A stretch of 64,000 nucleotides of DNA from Flavobacteriales bacterium (GCA_002737705.1 NSIM01000001.1:66472-130471), one strand, 5' to 3'; numbered from the stretch's first letter, positions 37,603 to 49,007 are shown. Program-made: numbers and translations. The notes: generated by a model not told the origin, from the sequence alone.

Positions 37603-38574
37603 TTACATACCCAAAACATAGGCAAAAATCAAGGGTACTACGATGGTGGCATCGCTTTCAACGATGAATTTTGGAGTATGGATGTCGAGTTTGCCCCAGG
37701 TAATTTTCTCGTTGGGTACCGCTCCACTATAACTACCATAGGAAGTTGTAGAATCGCTAATCTGACAAAAATAACTCCAAAAAGGTATGCTGGTCATTTC
37801 CATGTCTTGGTATAACATGGGCACCACACAAATTGGGAAATCGCCTGCGATACCCCCACCTATTTGAAAAAATCCTACGCCTTTTCCCCCGCTGTTTTTA
37901 ACATACCAATCGGCCAACCACACCATGTATTCTATGCCTGTTTTCAGAGTAGATGCGTTCAGTTCTCCTTTGATTACATAGCTTGCAAATATGTTGCCCA
38001 TCGTGCTGTCTTCCCATCCAGGAACGACAATGGGAAGGTTGCGCTCTGCAGCCGCCAACATCCAACTGTCTTTGGGATCAATTTCGTAGTATTGTTCTAA
38101 TTCGCCACTGCGTAAAATTTGGTACATATATTCATGGGGAAAATACCTTTCACCTTTGTCTTGGGCACCTTTCCAAATGCCGTGAATGTGTTTTTGCAAT
38201 CGGCGAAAAGCTTCTTCTTCTGGGATGCAGGTATCGGTTACGCGGTTGTAATGATTTTCGAGTAAATCCCATTCGTCCTGTGGACTTAAATCCCGGTAAT
38301 TTGGAACCCTTTTATAGTGTTTGTGTGCAACCAGATTCATGATATCTTCCTCCAAGTTAGCACCAGTACAAGAGATAATGTCTACTTTTCCTTGGCGAAT
38401 CATTTCGGCTAGGCTTTTGCCTAACTCAGCTGTACTCATCGCACCCGCCAGGGTAATCATCATTTTACCTCCCTCGACAAGGTGGGTTTCATAGCCTTTG
38501 GCAGCATCAATTAGGGCTGCAGAATTAAAATGCAAATAATGCTTCTCTATGAATTGTGAAATAGGGCCTTTCAT
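37603..38574 (-). CDS. Deoxyhypusine synthase-like protein (probable homospermidine synthase)
   Basis: LAGAMSTAELG, TGANLEED, EDST, IGGGIAGDF, SYSGA.PNEKITWGK, SDATI. Confidence 0.9.
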   Translation of the reverse strand: MKGPISQFIEKHYLHFNSAALIDAAKGYETHLVEGGKMMITLAGAMSTAELGKSLAEMIRQGKVDIISCTGANLEEDIMNLVAHKHYKRVPNYRDLSPQDEWDLLENHYNRVTDTCIPEEEAFRRLQKHIHGIWKGAQDKGERYFPHEYMYQILRSGELEQYYEIDPKDSWMLAAAERNLPIVVPGWEDSTMGNIFASYVIKGELNASTLKTGIEYMVWLADWYVKNSGGKGVGFFQIGGGIAGDFPICVVPMLYQDMEMTSIPFWSYFCQISDSTTSYGSYSGAVPNEKITWGKLDIHTPKFIVESDATIVVPLIFAYVLGM

Positions 38575-38793
38575 ACAAGTTCAAAGATACAAAAATTTGG
38601 GCAGGCCATTGTTAACGGGGGTAAATGCCCATTCATTGTCAACCCCCATAACCCAATCAACCAGAGAACTACCGACACTCCGAAATAAACCGATGTGTGG
38701 ACACTGTTGCAGATAACAATGAGATTACATTGAATTTGCTTGCCCCAATTCAAAATAGAAGGGTGGGAAAATGGAAGTTATCAGAAGCAAACG

Positions 38794-39207
38794 CTATTGC
38801 GATTTAATACCCTGACAGAGTTCTACAAGTACCCCATTGCTTGATTTTGGATGCAAAAATGCAATTAATTTATTGTCTGCACCGCGCCTAGCTTCTGCAT
38901 CGATGGGTTCGAATCCCTGGGTTTGTTTTTCCTGTAATGATTCATTGATGTTTTCGACTTCGAAGGCTATATGGTGCAGTCCTTCACCCCTTTTTTCGAT
39001 ATACTTGGCAATTGTGCTTTGGTCATTGCTCGCAGCAATTAATTCTATTTTGATATCGCCCACTTGAAAAAAAGAGCATACAATGTGTTCGCTTTCAACG
39101 ATCTCTCGCTTATACGGAGAACAGCCCAACAATTTCGTAAATAGCAATTCAGAGTTGTCGAGATTGGCTACAGCGATTCCGATGTGTTCAAGTTTTTTTA
39201 TGCCCAT
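38794..39207 (-). CDS. mce: Methylmalonyl-CoA epimerase (VOC family)
   Basis: EHIGIAV, KIELI, GEGLHHIAFEV, FLHPKSSNGVLVELC. Confidence 0.93.
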   Translation of the reverse strand: MGIKKLEHIGIAVANLDNSELLFTKLLGCSPYKREIVESEHIVCSFFQVGDIKIELIAASNDQSTIAKYIEKRGEGLHHIAFEVENINESLQEKQTQGFEPIDAEARRGADNKLIAFLHPKSSNGVLVELCQGIKSQ

Positions 39208-39316
39208 AATCACTACAAAGAACATTCTTTTATTAGAAAGATAAAATATTGAAACAATCATTCGTTTTATCACGTAATTTTGCAGTTTAGAAAGTATCTA
39301 AATAACCCATAAAACA

Positions 39317-40531
39317 ATGTTAAAATTACCTGTTTATCTCGACAACAATTCAACCACCCAAGTAGATCCTCGGGTGTTTGATACAATGACACCATATTTC
39401 CTGGAAGTATATGGTAATGCTGCCAGTAAAAGCCATTCTTTTGGTTGGGCTGGTGAAGAAGCAGTTGATTATGCGCGGTGTCAAATTGCAAGCCTAATTG
39501 GGGCCAATGAAAAAGAGATTATTTTTACCAGTGGGGCCACTGAAAGTAATAACCTAGCCATTAAAGGGGTATTCGAAATGTATGCCTCGAAAGGGAATCA
39601 TATTATTACCCTTACCACAGAACACAAGGCTATCTTGGATACTTGTAAACACCTCGAAAAATCTGGGGCTGAGATTAGTTATTTGTCTGTGGCGGAAGAC
39701 GGATTAATTTCCCTAGAAACCCTCGAGGCGGCCATCAAGCCCACAACCATTTTAATTTCAATTATGTTCGGAAACAACGAGTTGGGAGTGGTTCAGCCCA
39801 TTGCTGAAATCGGGGCAATGTGTAAAAAGCACGGTGTATTGTTTCATTCAGACGCAACACAGGCAGTCGGAAAAATTCCAGTGGATGTGTTGACAGACGG
39901 AATTGATTTAATGAGTTTTACGGCCCATAAAATGTATGGTCCAAAGGGTGTTGGAGCCTTGTATGTTCGCCGGAAGAATCCCCGTGTTAAAGTAACAGCC
40001 CAAATGGATGGTGGTGGTCACGAGCGAGGAATGCGCAGTGGAACCCTCAATGTACCGGGTATTGTAGGTTTTGGAAAAGCGTGTGAAATTGCCCGTTTAG
40101 AGATGGCCGATGAATACCTGCGCTTGAAAAAGATGCGTGATCGTTTGGAGGCCGCTTTGTTGTCAATAGAAGAAAGTTATCTCAATGGAAGCAATGAACA
40201 CCGTTTGCCCCACACCTCCAATATCAGTTTTAAATATGTGGAAGGCGAAGGATTGATGATGGGTGTGAAAGACATTGCCGTTTCGAGTGGATCTGCCTGT
40301 ACTTCTGCTTCTTTGGAACCGAGTTATGTGTTAAAAAGTTTGGGCCTAGACGATGAATTGGCCCACAGTTCATTGCGTTTTGGATTGGGGCGTTTTACCA
40401 CCGAAGAGGAAATTGATTTTACCATTAAAACAGTTAAAGAGGCAGTATTTAAACTGCGTGAAATGAGTCCGCTTTGGGAAATGTTCAAAGACGGAATCGA
40501 TCTAAAGTCAATTCAATGGTCCGAACATTAA
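39317..40531 (+). CDS. iscS: Cysteine desulfurase IscS
   Basis: [53 protein letters not shown]. Confidence 0.96.
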   Translation: MLKLPVYLDNNSTTQVDPRVFDTMTPYFLEVYGNAASKSHSFGWAGEEAVDYARCQIASLIGANEKEIIFTSGATESNNLAIKGVFEMYASKGNHIITLTTEHKAILDTCKHLEKSGAEISYLSVAEDGLISLETLEAAIKPTTILISIMFGNNELGVVQPIAEIGAMCKKHGVLFHSDATQAVGKIPVDVLTDGIDLMSFTAHKMYGPKGVGALYVRRKNPRVKVTAQMDGGGHERGMRSGTLNVPGIVGFGKACEIARLEMADEYLRLKKMRDRLEAALLSIEESYLNGSNEHRLPHTSNISFKYVEGEGLMMGVKDIAVSSGSACTSASLEPSYVLKSLGLDDELAHSSLRFGLGRFTTEEEIDFTIKTVKEAVFKLREMSPLWEMFKDGIDLKSIQWSEH

Positions 40532-40589
40532 CCTGTTGTTTATAATCACCCTAAATTGTAACTTTGTAGTAGTTTTTAAAAACATTAAT

Positions 40590-41006
40590 ATGGCATATTC
40601 AGAAAAAGTAATCGATCATTACACCAATCCTAGAAATATTGGGACATTGGATAAATCTCAAAAAACCGTTGGTACAGGATTGGTCGGTGCACCCGAATGT
40701 GGTGATGTGATGCGATTGCAAATCATGGTAAACGAAGAAACCGGGATTATTCAGGATGCCAAGTTCAAGACCTTTGGCTGCGGATCTGCCATCGCTTCAT
40801 CTTCTTTGGCTACCGAATGGCTCAAGGGAAAGTCTATCAACGAGGCCCTGACCATAGACAATATGGATATTGTAGAGGAATTGGCCCTGCCACCTGTAAA
40901 AATTCATTGTTCAGTATTGGCCGAAGATGCCATCCGTTCTGCCATCAATGACTACCGCTCAAAGAATGGTTTAGAACCTCTGGTGAGCGAAAAAACGCAC
41001 TACTAA
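40590..41006 (+). CDS. iscU: Fe-S cluster scaffold IscU
   Basis: MAYSEKVIDHY, APECGD, FGCGSA, LPPVKIHCS; internal TAACTTTG box at 40559-40566. Confidence 0.96.
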   Translation: MAYSEKVIDHYTNPRNIGTLDKSQKTVGTGLVGAPECGDVMRLQIMVNEETGIIQDAKFKTFGCGSAIASSSLATEWLKGKSINEALTIDNMDIVEELALPPVKIHCSVLAEDAIRSAINDYRSKNGLEPLVSEKTHY

Positions 41007-41017
41007 TAACAACATCC

Positions 41018-41365
41018 ATGATTGCCCAAGGAAATGAAATTCTGATTACAGACAAGGCGTTAACAAAAGCGTATAGTTTAATGAGAGAAACCAATATTTC
41101 TTCTCCTGAGTATTTTTTGCGTGTGGGTGTTAAGGGTGGAGGTTGTTCAGGACTCACCTATGAATTGGATTTTGACAATGAGATCAAAGCTGGAGACATG
41201 AATTTTGGTGATGAGCGGTTAAAAATTATATGTGATATGAAGAGTTTCTTGTATTTGTGTGGAACAGAACTCGATTTTTCTGATGGATTAAATGGGAATG
41301 GATTCAATTTCATCAATCCGAATGCTTCCCGCACTTGTGGATGTGGAGAGAGTTTTTCCATTTAA
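41018..41365 (+). CDS. iscA: HesB/IscA family Fe-S carrier
   Basis: GGGCSG, NPNA..TCGCGESF. Confidence 0.94.
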   Translation: MIAQGNEILITDKALTKAYSLMRETNISSPEYFLRVGVKGGGCSGLTYELDFDNEIKAGDMNFGDERLKIICDMKSFLYLCGTELDFSDGLNGNGFNFINPNASRTCGCGESFSI

Positions 41366-41523
41366 TTTTTTTGGGAATCACCGGGGGCAAAATTTTTTTC
41401 TCTCAAACAAGCGCACAACGCACACAAACAGATTCGGTAAATAATTCCGGCAACCTTCAATTTACTGGGTACCCAAGAATTTCAATTAAACCCCTAGATC
41501 ACGCAAATTCTTTTGGAAAGCAC

Positions 41524-41751
41524 ATGACCAAATTCAAGGAACAAATTATCATTCATACCCCCTATATTCAACTCAATCAAGCGCTGAAGCTATTGGGATG
41601 GGCGGACAATGGTGGAATCGCCAACGAGTTCATTACGCAAGGTTTGGTTGTTGTGGATGGTGTCGTTGAATACCGCAAACGCAACAAACTTTTTCCGGAT
41701 GCATGCATAGAATTCGATGGCAAAAAAGCCATTGTTATGGCCCGATTGTAA
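41524..41751 (+). CDS. S4-domain RNA-binding protein (YbcJ/YaaA-like)
   Basis: YIQLNQALK, GG.A, VDGVVEYRKRNKL; start at ATG 41524. Confidence 0.88.
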   Translation: MTKFKEQIIIHTPYIQLNQALKLLGWADNGGIANEFITQGLVVVDGVVEYRKRNKLFPDACIEFDGKKAIVMARL

Positions 41752-41768
41752 TCTTGGAACAAAGTTAA

Positions 41769-44372
41769 TTATACCACTACATTCACAATTCGCCCCTTTA
41801 CAAGTATGAATTTCTTCATGGGTTTGCCTGCCATCCATTTAACAACCATCGCATGGCCCAAAACAGCAGCCTGAATTTCATCTTCTGAGGCATTGAGATC
41901 GAATTCGATTTGCGCCCTTGTTTTGCCGTTGATACCAATGGGATAGGCAAAGTAATCTTCTGTTAAATACCCAGAATCATGCATTGGCCACTGGGTGGTA
42001 TGTATGCTCATCGAATCAATGCGTTTGTCATTACTAGAACCTGAATTACCCAAGCGATGCCATAGTTCTTCGCTTAGATATGGGGTGAAAGGGGCCAACA
42101 ATACCAACATGGGCTCAAGTATTTCTCGCTTGCGAGATTGAAGACCAGTAAGTTCGTTGACGGCAACCATAAAGGCCGATATTGAGGTGTTGAAACTCAA
42201 ATTTTCAATATCATCGCTTATTTTTTTAATGGTTTTATGTAAAATTTTTAATTCTTCTTTGGTGGCAGGAATATCGGTAACCGCCCAGTTTTCTCCATGG
42301 TAAAATAGTCTCCAAAATTTGCCAAAGAAGCGACTTACTCCTTCGATACCTTGTGTATTCCAGGGTTTTGAATCGGTAATAGGTCCTAAAAACATTTCAT
42401 ACATTCGCAGCGCATCCGCCCCGTATGCAGCACAAACATCATCGGGATTAACAACATTTCCCCAACGCTTGCTCATTTTTTGCCCGTCCTCACCCAAAAT
42501 CATTCCCTGATTTACCAAGCGTTGAAAGGGTTCATCCCATGCGATAAAACCCAAATCAAATAAGAATTTTGTCCAGAACCGGCTGTAGAGTAGGTGTCCT
42601 GTTGCATGTTCACTTCCTCCGATATACAAGTCTACTTGATTCCAATAGTGTAGTGCTTCTTTTGAGGCAAAATCTTGCGGATTGTTTGGATCTGTATATC
42701 GAAGAAAGTACCAGCTGCTTCCCGCCCAACCAGGCATGGTATCAGTTTCCCGAATGCCCTTGGGAGTATTGACCCACTGGGTGAGTGCAGAGAGTGGACT
42801 TTTTCCGTTCCCTGTGGGCTTATAGATTTCGACAGAGGGTAATTCTACAGGCAATGATTCCAGTATCGAGGGAATGCCTTGGGCATCATATACCAGGGGA
42901 AACGGTTCTCCCCAATACCGCTGACGTCCAAAACCCGCTTCGCGCAATTTGTAATGTACGGTTGTCTTTCCCCATCCGGCTTTTACAATTTTGGCAGTGG
43001 CAGCGGAAATGGCGTCAGCCACCGATAATCCATCCAAAAACCCGCTGTTGAAACACGTTCCTTCTTTTGCAGAGAAAGCTTCTGTGAGGGGCAAATCCAA
43101 TTCCGAATGCGCAGGTTTTATGACAGGGATGATGGGTAGATTAAAGGATTTTGCGAAAGCAAAATCCCTCTCGTCATGGGCGGGTACCGCCATGATTACG
43201 CCGGTTCCATAATTGGCCAATACATACTCTCCTACATAAATTGGAATGGGTTCTCCGGTAAAAGGATTGATGGCTTCCAATCCAGTAAATACCCCAGTTT
43301 TATGGGTTTCAGCCATTCGTTCTATTTCACTTCTATTGCGCGACTTGTTTGCGTATGCAGACACCGAAGGCCAATTTTTTTCCGTGCAGAATTCGCTAAG
43401 ATTTTCCAATTCTGGAGCCACGACCATAAAGGTTGCGCCAAATATTGTGTCGGGTCTTGTCGTGAAAACACGCAAGGTTTTGAGTGTACCTCGAACGACA
43501 AACTCAATCTCTGCTCCCTGGCTTTTTCCTATCCAATTCCGTTGAATTTCTTTAATGGCATTGCTCCATTCGATTCGATTTAATCCCTCGATTAACCGAT
43601 CAGCATAGGCGGTGATACGCAAGCTCCATTGCTTCATTTTTTTTCGTATCACAGGGTGTTCGCCCCTTTCGCTCAGTCCATTTACAACTTCTTCATTTGC
43701 CAATATGCTTCCCATCGCTTCACACCAGTTGACGGTGGTTTCATCCATGAAGGCCAAGCGGCATTGGTTCAGAATTTCGTGTTTTTGAAGGGGAGAAAAA
43801 GCGCGCCATTGGGCTGCTGAAAAAGGCGTAAAATCGCCAGGGTATACACAACTATTTTTGCTGCCATGGACAGAAAAATGCTGTTCTAACTCCTTGATAG
43901 GCTTGGCTTTTTGTGCTAGAGTATCATACCAATGATTGAAAAATAGGGAAAATATCCATTGGGTAAATTTATAATAATTGGGATCGCAGGTTTTTACTTC
44001 TCGTGTCCAATCAAAAGAAAAACCCATTGTATTGAGTTGTTCCCTGAATCGTTTTATATTCTGTTCGGTAGTTATGGCAGGATGTTGCCCAGTTTGTATT
44101 GCATATTGCTCTGCAGGCAGTCCAAAAGCATCATATCCCATGGGATGCAAAACGTTAAAACCCTTTAAGCGTTTATAACGGGCCACAATGTCACTGGCGA
44201 TATATCCGAGGGGATGTCCGACGTGTAAACCACTTCCAGAGGGGTATGGAAACATGTCTAGCACATAGTATTTGGGCTTATTGGGGTCAATTTCTATTTT
44301 GTATAATTCGCTTTTTTCCCAAGCCAATCGCCATTTTTTTTCTATATCCGAGAATTGGTATTGTGAAGACAT
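41769..44372 (-). CDS. leuS: Leucine--tRNA ligase
   Basis: MFPYPSGSGLHVGH, FTTRPDT, MAVPAHDERD editing domain, RQRYWG, KMSKR, GADALRMY. Confidence 0.97.
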   Translation of the reverse strand: MSSQYQFSDIEKKWRLAWEKSELYKIEIDPNKPKYYVLDMFPYPSGSGLHVGHPLGYIASDIVARYKRLKGFNVLHPMGYDAFGLPAEQYAIQTGQHPAITTEQNIKRFREQLNTMGFSFDWTREVKTCDPNYYKFTQWIFSLFFNHWYDTLAQKAKPIKELEQHFSVHGSKNSCVYPGDFTPFSAAQWRAFSPLQKHEILNQCRLAFMDETTVNWCEAMGSILANEEVVNGLSERGEHPVIRKKMKQWSLRITAYADRLIEGLNRIEWSNAIKEIQRNWIGKSQGAEIEFVVRGTLKTLRVFTTRPDTIFGATFMVVAPELENLSEFCTEKNWPSVSAYANKSRNRSEIERMAETHKTGVFTGLEAINPFTGEPIPIYVGEYVLANYGTGVIMAVPAHDERDFAFAKSFNLPIIPVIKPAHSELDLPLTEAFSAKEGTCFNSGFLDGLSVADAISAATAKIVKAGWGKTTVHYKLREAGFGRQRYWGEPFPLVYDAQGIPSILESLPVELPSVEIYKPTGNGKSPLSALTQWVNTPKGIRETDTMPGWAGSSWYFLRYTDPNNPQDFASKEALHYWNQVDLYIGGSEHATGHLLYSRFWTKFLFDLGFIAWDEPFQRLVNQGMILGEDGQKMSKRWGNVVNPDDVCAAYGADALRMYEMFLGPITDSKPWNTQGIEGVSRFFGKFWRLFYHGENWAVTDIPATKEELKILHKTIKKISDDIENLSFNTSISAFMVAVNELTGLQSRKREILEPMLVLLAPFTPYLSEELWHRLGNSGSSNDKRIDSMSIHTTQWPMHDSGYLTEDYFAYPIGINGKTRAQIEFDLNASEDEIQAAVLGHAMVVKWMAGKPMKKFILVKGRIVNVVV

Positions 44373-44430
44373 ACAGGTTACGGATGCGAAAATACAATAG
44401 ATGGGGGTTTTTTAACGACCTTTGTAGACA

Positions 44431-45426
44431 ATGGCTGACAGCAATTTTATTGATTATGTGAAGATTTGCTGCAGAAGTGGCAGCGGGGGCCCAGGAAGCA
44501 GACATTATAATCGAACAAAGATTAATCCCCGGGGGGGTCCGGATGGTGGTGACGGCGGAAAGGGTGGTGACATCATTCTTCAGGGCAATACCCAATTGTG
44601 GACCTTATTACACCTTAAATACCGCAAACATGTTTTGGCAACAGATGGCATTGCTGGAAGTGAAAATCGAAGTTCTGGAGCCTATGGAGATTCTATTGTT
44701 TTGGAAGTTCCTTTGGGCACTGTTGCCAAAGATGCAGAAACGGGCGAAGTGTTTTTTGAAATCACCGAAGAAGGAGAAAAAAAGGTATTGGTTCCCGGTG
44801 GACGTGGAGGACTCGGCAATTGTCATTTTGCAAACAGTGTAAACCAATCCCCTCAATATGCCCAACCAGGTGAAACGGGTATTGAACGTTGGATTGTATT
44901 GGAGCTTAAAGTATTGGCCGATGTGGGATTGGTTGGATTTCCCAATGTAGGAAAGAGTACTTTATTGAGTGTTATTTCTGCAGCAAAACCCGAGATTGCC
45001 GATTATCCTTTTACAACACTTGTCCCCAATTTGGGAGTCGTAAATTACCGTGATTACCGCAGTTTTATTGTTGCTGATATTCCTGGAATTATTGAAGGAG
45101 CCAGCAAAGGGAAGGGTTTGGGGCATCGTTTTTTACGGCATATTGAGCGAAATGCAGCCCTGTTATTTTTATTGCCTGCAGACAGTGCAGACCATCGAAA
45201 AGAATACCAAACGCTCTTGAGTGAGTTGGAGAAATTTAACCCGGAATTACTCATCAAACAACGCATTGTAGCCGTCAGTAAAAGCGATATGTTAGACGAT
45301 GAATTACAGGCCGAAATTCGCCTACAACTTGATGGGATACCCATCGTATTTTTTAGTGCAGTAACTGAACAAGGAATTGCCGAATTATTGGATGTGCTCT
45401 GGAAAACGGTTTCCCAGGATGATTGA
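44431..45426 (+). CDS. obgE: GTPase ObgE (CgtA)
   Basis: Gly-rich Obg domain, GFPNVGKS, YPFTT, DIPG, FLRHIER. Confidence 0.96.
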   Translation: MADSNFIDYVKICCRSGSGGPGSRHYNRTKINPRGGPDGGDGGKGGDIILQGNTQLWTLLHLKYRKHVLATDGIAGSENRSSGAYGDSIVLEVPLGTVAKDAETGEVFFEITEEGEKKVLVPGGRGGLGNCHFANSVNQSPQYAQPGETGIERWIVLELKVLADVGLVGFPNVGKSTLLSVISAAKPEIADYPFTTLVPNLGVVNYRDYRSFIVADIPGIIEGASKGKGLGHRFLRHIERNAALLFLLPADSADHRKEYQTLLSELEKFNPELLIKQRIVAVSKSDMLDDELQAEIRLQLDGIPIVFFSAVTEQGIAELLDVLWKTVSQDD

Positions 45427-45478
45427 AAACTTGAGATTTGTGTGTATTTTTGAAGACCGTACCCAAAATTAAACAATC

Positions 45479-47608
45479 ATGAAAATAGTTATTGCAACAA
45501 CCCTGGTATTTGGATTGTTTTTATCCAATCTTTTTTCGCAGGTAAGTACCAGCCAAAAGGAATCTTTCCAAAGCGCAAAACCCTTTGTTTTTAGTATCAA
45601 TGAAGACAAAGTGTATGCCGATGAATTTAAGCGACAATTTCTAAAAAATATTAATCCAAAAGAAGATCCCATAAGCCAAGCAGACATCAGCAATTACCTC
45701 GATTTGTATATCAAGTTCAAACTCAAGGTAAAAGACTCCAAAGATGCTGGACTAGATACTGCAACAGCCTATGTGCAGGAATTGCAAATGTACCGAGACC
45801 AATTGGCGCGTAATTATTTATACGATAGGGCGGTTACAGAAACACTCATTAAGGAAGCCTATGATCGCATGAAATTCGAATTTCGGGTTTCACATATTTT
45901 GGTTCTGCTAGCACCCGATGCTCCAGAATCCGATCAAAAGAAAGCCTTAGAAAAAATCGAAGCCATTCAACGAATGTTGGCAAAACAGCCATCAGCCGAA
46001 AATTTTGGCGAAATCGCCCGCACCGAATCGGAAGATGTTGGAACCAAAAACAATGGGGGTGATTTGGGGTATTTAACAGCCCTTCAGGTTGTCTATGAAT
46101 TTGAAAATCAGGCATACAAAACCCCAGTGGGAGAATTCTCAGAAGTATTTAAAACAGATTTTGGGTATCATATCTTGTTTGTTACCGATAAAAGATTGAA
46201 CCGTGGAGATATCAAAGTAAACCATATTCTGATTCGCGTAATGAATAAAGATGAAAATACCGATTCCGAAGCCAAAAAGAAAATAGACGAGATAGCGGCT
46301 AGTATTAGTTCTGGAAAGGAAACATTTGACAATATGGCCCGGACCAACAGTGAGGATTATAATAGCCGTTATAATGGAGGACAAATGGACTATATGAATG
46401 TTACGCAGTTTGTGGGTGATTTGGATCGCCAATATTGGATAAGTCAAGCCTTTGGATTGAAAAAAGATGGAGAAATAACAGAGCCTTTTCGTACAAATTA
46501 TGGGTGGCATTTACTGCAAAGAGTTGCCGTCAAGCCTATTGGGTCTTTTGAAGACAATGAATTAAAAGCCCTTTTAAAAACGGAGGTTCAGAAAAACCAA
46601 CGCTCTCAAATTTCCATCGATTCATTGGTGGTAAAAATCAAAAAGCAGAATAAATTCATCCTCAACCCAACGACCATTGATATTGTGCTTTCGTATTTAG
46701 ACAGCAATTTCATGAAAGGAAAATTTGATGAAACACGGATGCCCGAAATACATACTCTTGCTATTGGGTCGGGTAAGAAAGCAACCAAAACCCAATTTAA
46801 TTTGCGAAAAATGGAAGTGTTTAATTTGGGGGGAGAGGAATTTTCTGTTGCCGATTTGTTCATTCAATTATCCTACAATACGAAGCCCATTACAGGAAGC
46901 AAAAAAGAGGGCTTAAGCAAAATTGTTGATGCGTGGATTAATCAATCATGCGTGGAATATCAAAATCTTCACCTAGAAGAGAAGTCGCTAGAATTCAAAG
47001 ATATTTACCAAGAATATAAAGAAGGAATTTTGATGTTTAACCGCATGCAGGAATTGGTATGGGATCGTGCAAATACGGATTCTGTGGGATTAGAAAAATA
47101 TTTTGTAGAACACCAGTCTGCCTATGTATGGGGCAATCGGTTTGATGTGGAAGTCTATTTCTGCAATGATGCCAAGATGATGAAATCCGTTGCAAAAGGC
47201 GTTAAGAAAGGTTTGTCAGCCGACAGTTTACGACGGCAGTATACCAAGAAAAATATTTTGGATTTTTCTTCCCGCATGGGAAAATATGAAATCAGTGATA
47301 CGTTTTTATTTGCACCATCGAAGGTTTTGAATATATTGTTTGAGGATGCATCCTCCCCTAATTCCAAATACAAAAAACCCGGCATCTATTCTATGGGACA
47401 GGTTGCAGATGATTTTGTGGTCTTGAAGGTCAAAAGATTTTCAGCTCCCAGCCCCAAATTATTGGATGAAACGCGGGGACCGCTTGCATCAAAATACCAA
47501 GAGCAATTAGAAAAAGAATGGATTGAATCATTGAAGAATAGGTATACTATTTATATTGACAAATCGGTTTTACAATCATTGCAAGACGAATTGGTTAATA
47601 CCAAATAA
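45479..47608 (+). CDS. Periplasmic parvulin-type peptidyl-prolyl isomerase (SurA/PrsA-like, two rotamase domains)
   Basis: Signal peptide LFS-Q; SHILV, GGDLG, FGYHIL, NHILI, YGWHLL. Confidence 0.88.
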   Translation: MKIVIATTLVFGLFLSNLFSQVSTSQKESFQSAKPFVFSINEDKVYADEFKRQFLKNINPKEDPISQADISNYLDLYIKFKLKVKDSKDAGLDTATAYVQELQMYRDQLARNYLYDRAVTETLIKEAYDRMKFEFRVSHILVLLAPDAPESDQKKALEKIEAIQRMLAKQPSAENFGEIARTESEDVGTKNNGGDLGYLTALQVVYEFENQAYKTPVGEFSEVFKTDFGYHILFVTDKRLNRGDIKVNHILIRVMNKDENTDSEAKKKIDEIAASISSGKETFDNMARTNSEDYNSRYNGGQMDYMNVTQFVGDLDRQYWISQAFGLKKDGEITEPFRTNYGWHLLQRVAVKPIGSFEDNELKALLKTEVQKNQRSQISIDSLVVKIKKQNKFILNPTTIDIVLSYLDSNFMKGKFDETRMPEIHTLAIGSGKKATKTQFNLRKMEVFNLGGEEFSVADLFIQLSYNTKPITGSKKEGLSKIVDAWINQSCVEYQNLHLEEKSLEFKDIYQEYKEGILMFNRMQELVWDRANTDSVGLEKYFVEHQSAYVWGNRFDVEVYFCNDAKMMKSVAKGVKKGLSADSLRRQYTKKNILDFSSRMGKYEISDTFLFAPSKVLNILFEDASSPNSKYKKPGIYSMGQVADDFVVLKVKRFSAPSPKLLDETRGPLASKYQEQLEKEWIESLKNRYTIYIDKSVLQSLQDELVNTK

Positions 47609-47612
47609 GAAA

Positions 47613-49007
47613 ATGAATCATTCAGGGTTCAAGTTGGCCTTTGTTTTTTTTGTTGCATTCCTTGGTTCTGGGTGCGCTTTGCTCCGTGCACAAATCATCA
47701 CCAGCAATATGTCTCCTGCCTTCCAATATGTCGATGGAATATTGGCTATTATTGGCGATAAAATCATTATTCAATCTGAATTTGAAACACAAAAAATTGA
47801 ACTTTCTCGTGGAATGGCGATAAAAGATTCCCAGCAATTGTTTTGTAAGGTACTCGAAATGATGATGGTTCAGAAGTTAATGCTTAACCAGGCTGAGATC
47901 GACAGTTTGGTCGTAACTGACGAGGAGGTTGAGAGAGATGTTGACAACCGTATTCGCTCTTTTCAAAATGAGGCAGGTAGCTTGGCTTTACTAGAAAAAT
48001 ATTTGGGCAAAAGCATTGGAGAGTTCAAAAAAGAGATTCGTCCCAAAATTCGGGAACGAATTTTGGTAGACCAAATGAAAAACAAAATTACTTCAGATGT
48101 GCTTATAAGTCCTAGCGAAATAACTTCCTTTTATGATTCTATTCCCCGAGATAGTCTACCCATCATTCAAACCCAGGTTGAGGTGGCGCAATGTATAATA
48201 GAACCATTAATTTCAGATGAGGCCAATGCGTTTGCAAAAGGGCAATTAGAAGAATTGAGGAACCGCATACTGCTGGGCGTAAATTTTGAAAAATTGGCAC
48301 GTACGTATAGTATGGATCCGGGGTCGAAGGACAATGGTGGACTATTGCCAGAGTTTGGGAGGGGGGAGATGGTCCCTGCTTTTGAACGGGTTGCTTTTAA
48401 ACTAAAGCCAGATAGTATTAGCCAAGTATTTGAAAGCCCAAATGGGTTTCATATCATTAAAATGATGAAGCGAAAAGGTGAACGCGTCTTGGTATCTCAT
48501 ATCTTGTTGCGCCCAGAAAATACGAGTTTTGACTACTCGATTGCTTCGCAAAAAGTGGATAGTGTATACCAAATACTGACAAATGGAACCATGACATGGT
48601 GTGATGCAGTCAAAAAATATGCCAGCAAAGAAGTAGTTGGAAATAGAGGCAATTGTGGATTTTTGGTAGATCAAACTACAGGCATACAAAATTCACTCTT
48701 CGAATCTTTACCCCCTGATGTTAAACTTGTGGTTGAAAAGTTGAGTCCTGGCGATTTTTCCAAACCCACCTTAAGCAATACCCCAGATGGACGCAGTGTA
48801 TACCGGATTGTATTTCTTAAATCCTTTACATCGCCTCACCAGGCAAATTTGCTCCAAGATTATAGTTATATCCAATTGCTTGCACATACAGCCAAGAAAA
48901 AAATGGTCTTTGACCAATGGACTGCCAAACAACGAGAAAAAACCTATATACGTATTAAAGGTCGTTCGATGGATTGTAATAACTTAAACAGTTGGAACCA
49001 TGATTAA
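47613..49007 (+). CDS. SurA-like peptidyl-prolyl isomerase/chaperone
   Basis: VDGILAIIG N-domain, SMDPGS..NGG, MVPAFE, GFHII, SHILL; start at ATG 47613. Confidence 0.88.
   Translation: MNHSGFKLAFVFFVAFLGSGCALLRAQIITSNMSPAFQYVDGILAIIGDKIIIQSEFETQKIELSRGMAIKDSQQLFCKVLEMMMVQKLMLNQAEIDSLVVTDEEVERDVDNRIRSFQNEAGSLALLEKYLGKSIGEFKKEIRPKIRERILVDQMKNKITSDVLISPSEITSFYDSIPRDSLPIIQTQVEVAQCIIEPLISDEANAFAKGQLEELRNRILLGVNFEKLARTYSMDPGSKDNGGLLPEFGRGEMVPAFERVAFKLKPDSISQVFESPNGFHIIKMMKRKGERVLVSHILLRPENTSFDYSIASQKVDSVYQILTNGTMTWCDAVKKYASKEVVGNRGNCGFLVDQTTGIQNSLFESLPPDVKLVVEKLSPGDFSKPTLSNTPDGRSVYRIVFLKSFTSPHQANLLQDYSYIQLLAHTAKKKMVFDQWTAKQREKTYIRIKGRSMDCNNLNSWNHD

Noticed and set aside
39317-41365. iscS-iscU-iscA as a novel or foreign cluster
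   Set aside because: Standard ISC components with no compositional or mobility signal.
41335-41523. 63-codon upstream extension of the S4-domain ORF
   Set aside because: The homologous domain begins near ATG 41524; the extension overlaps iscA and looks non-coding.
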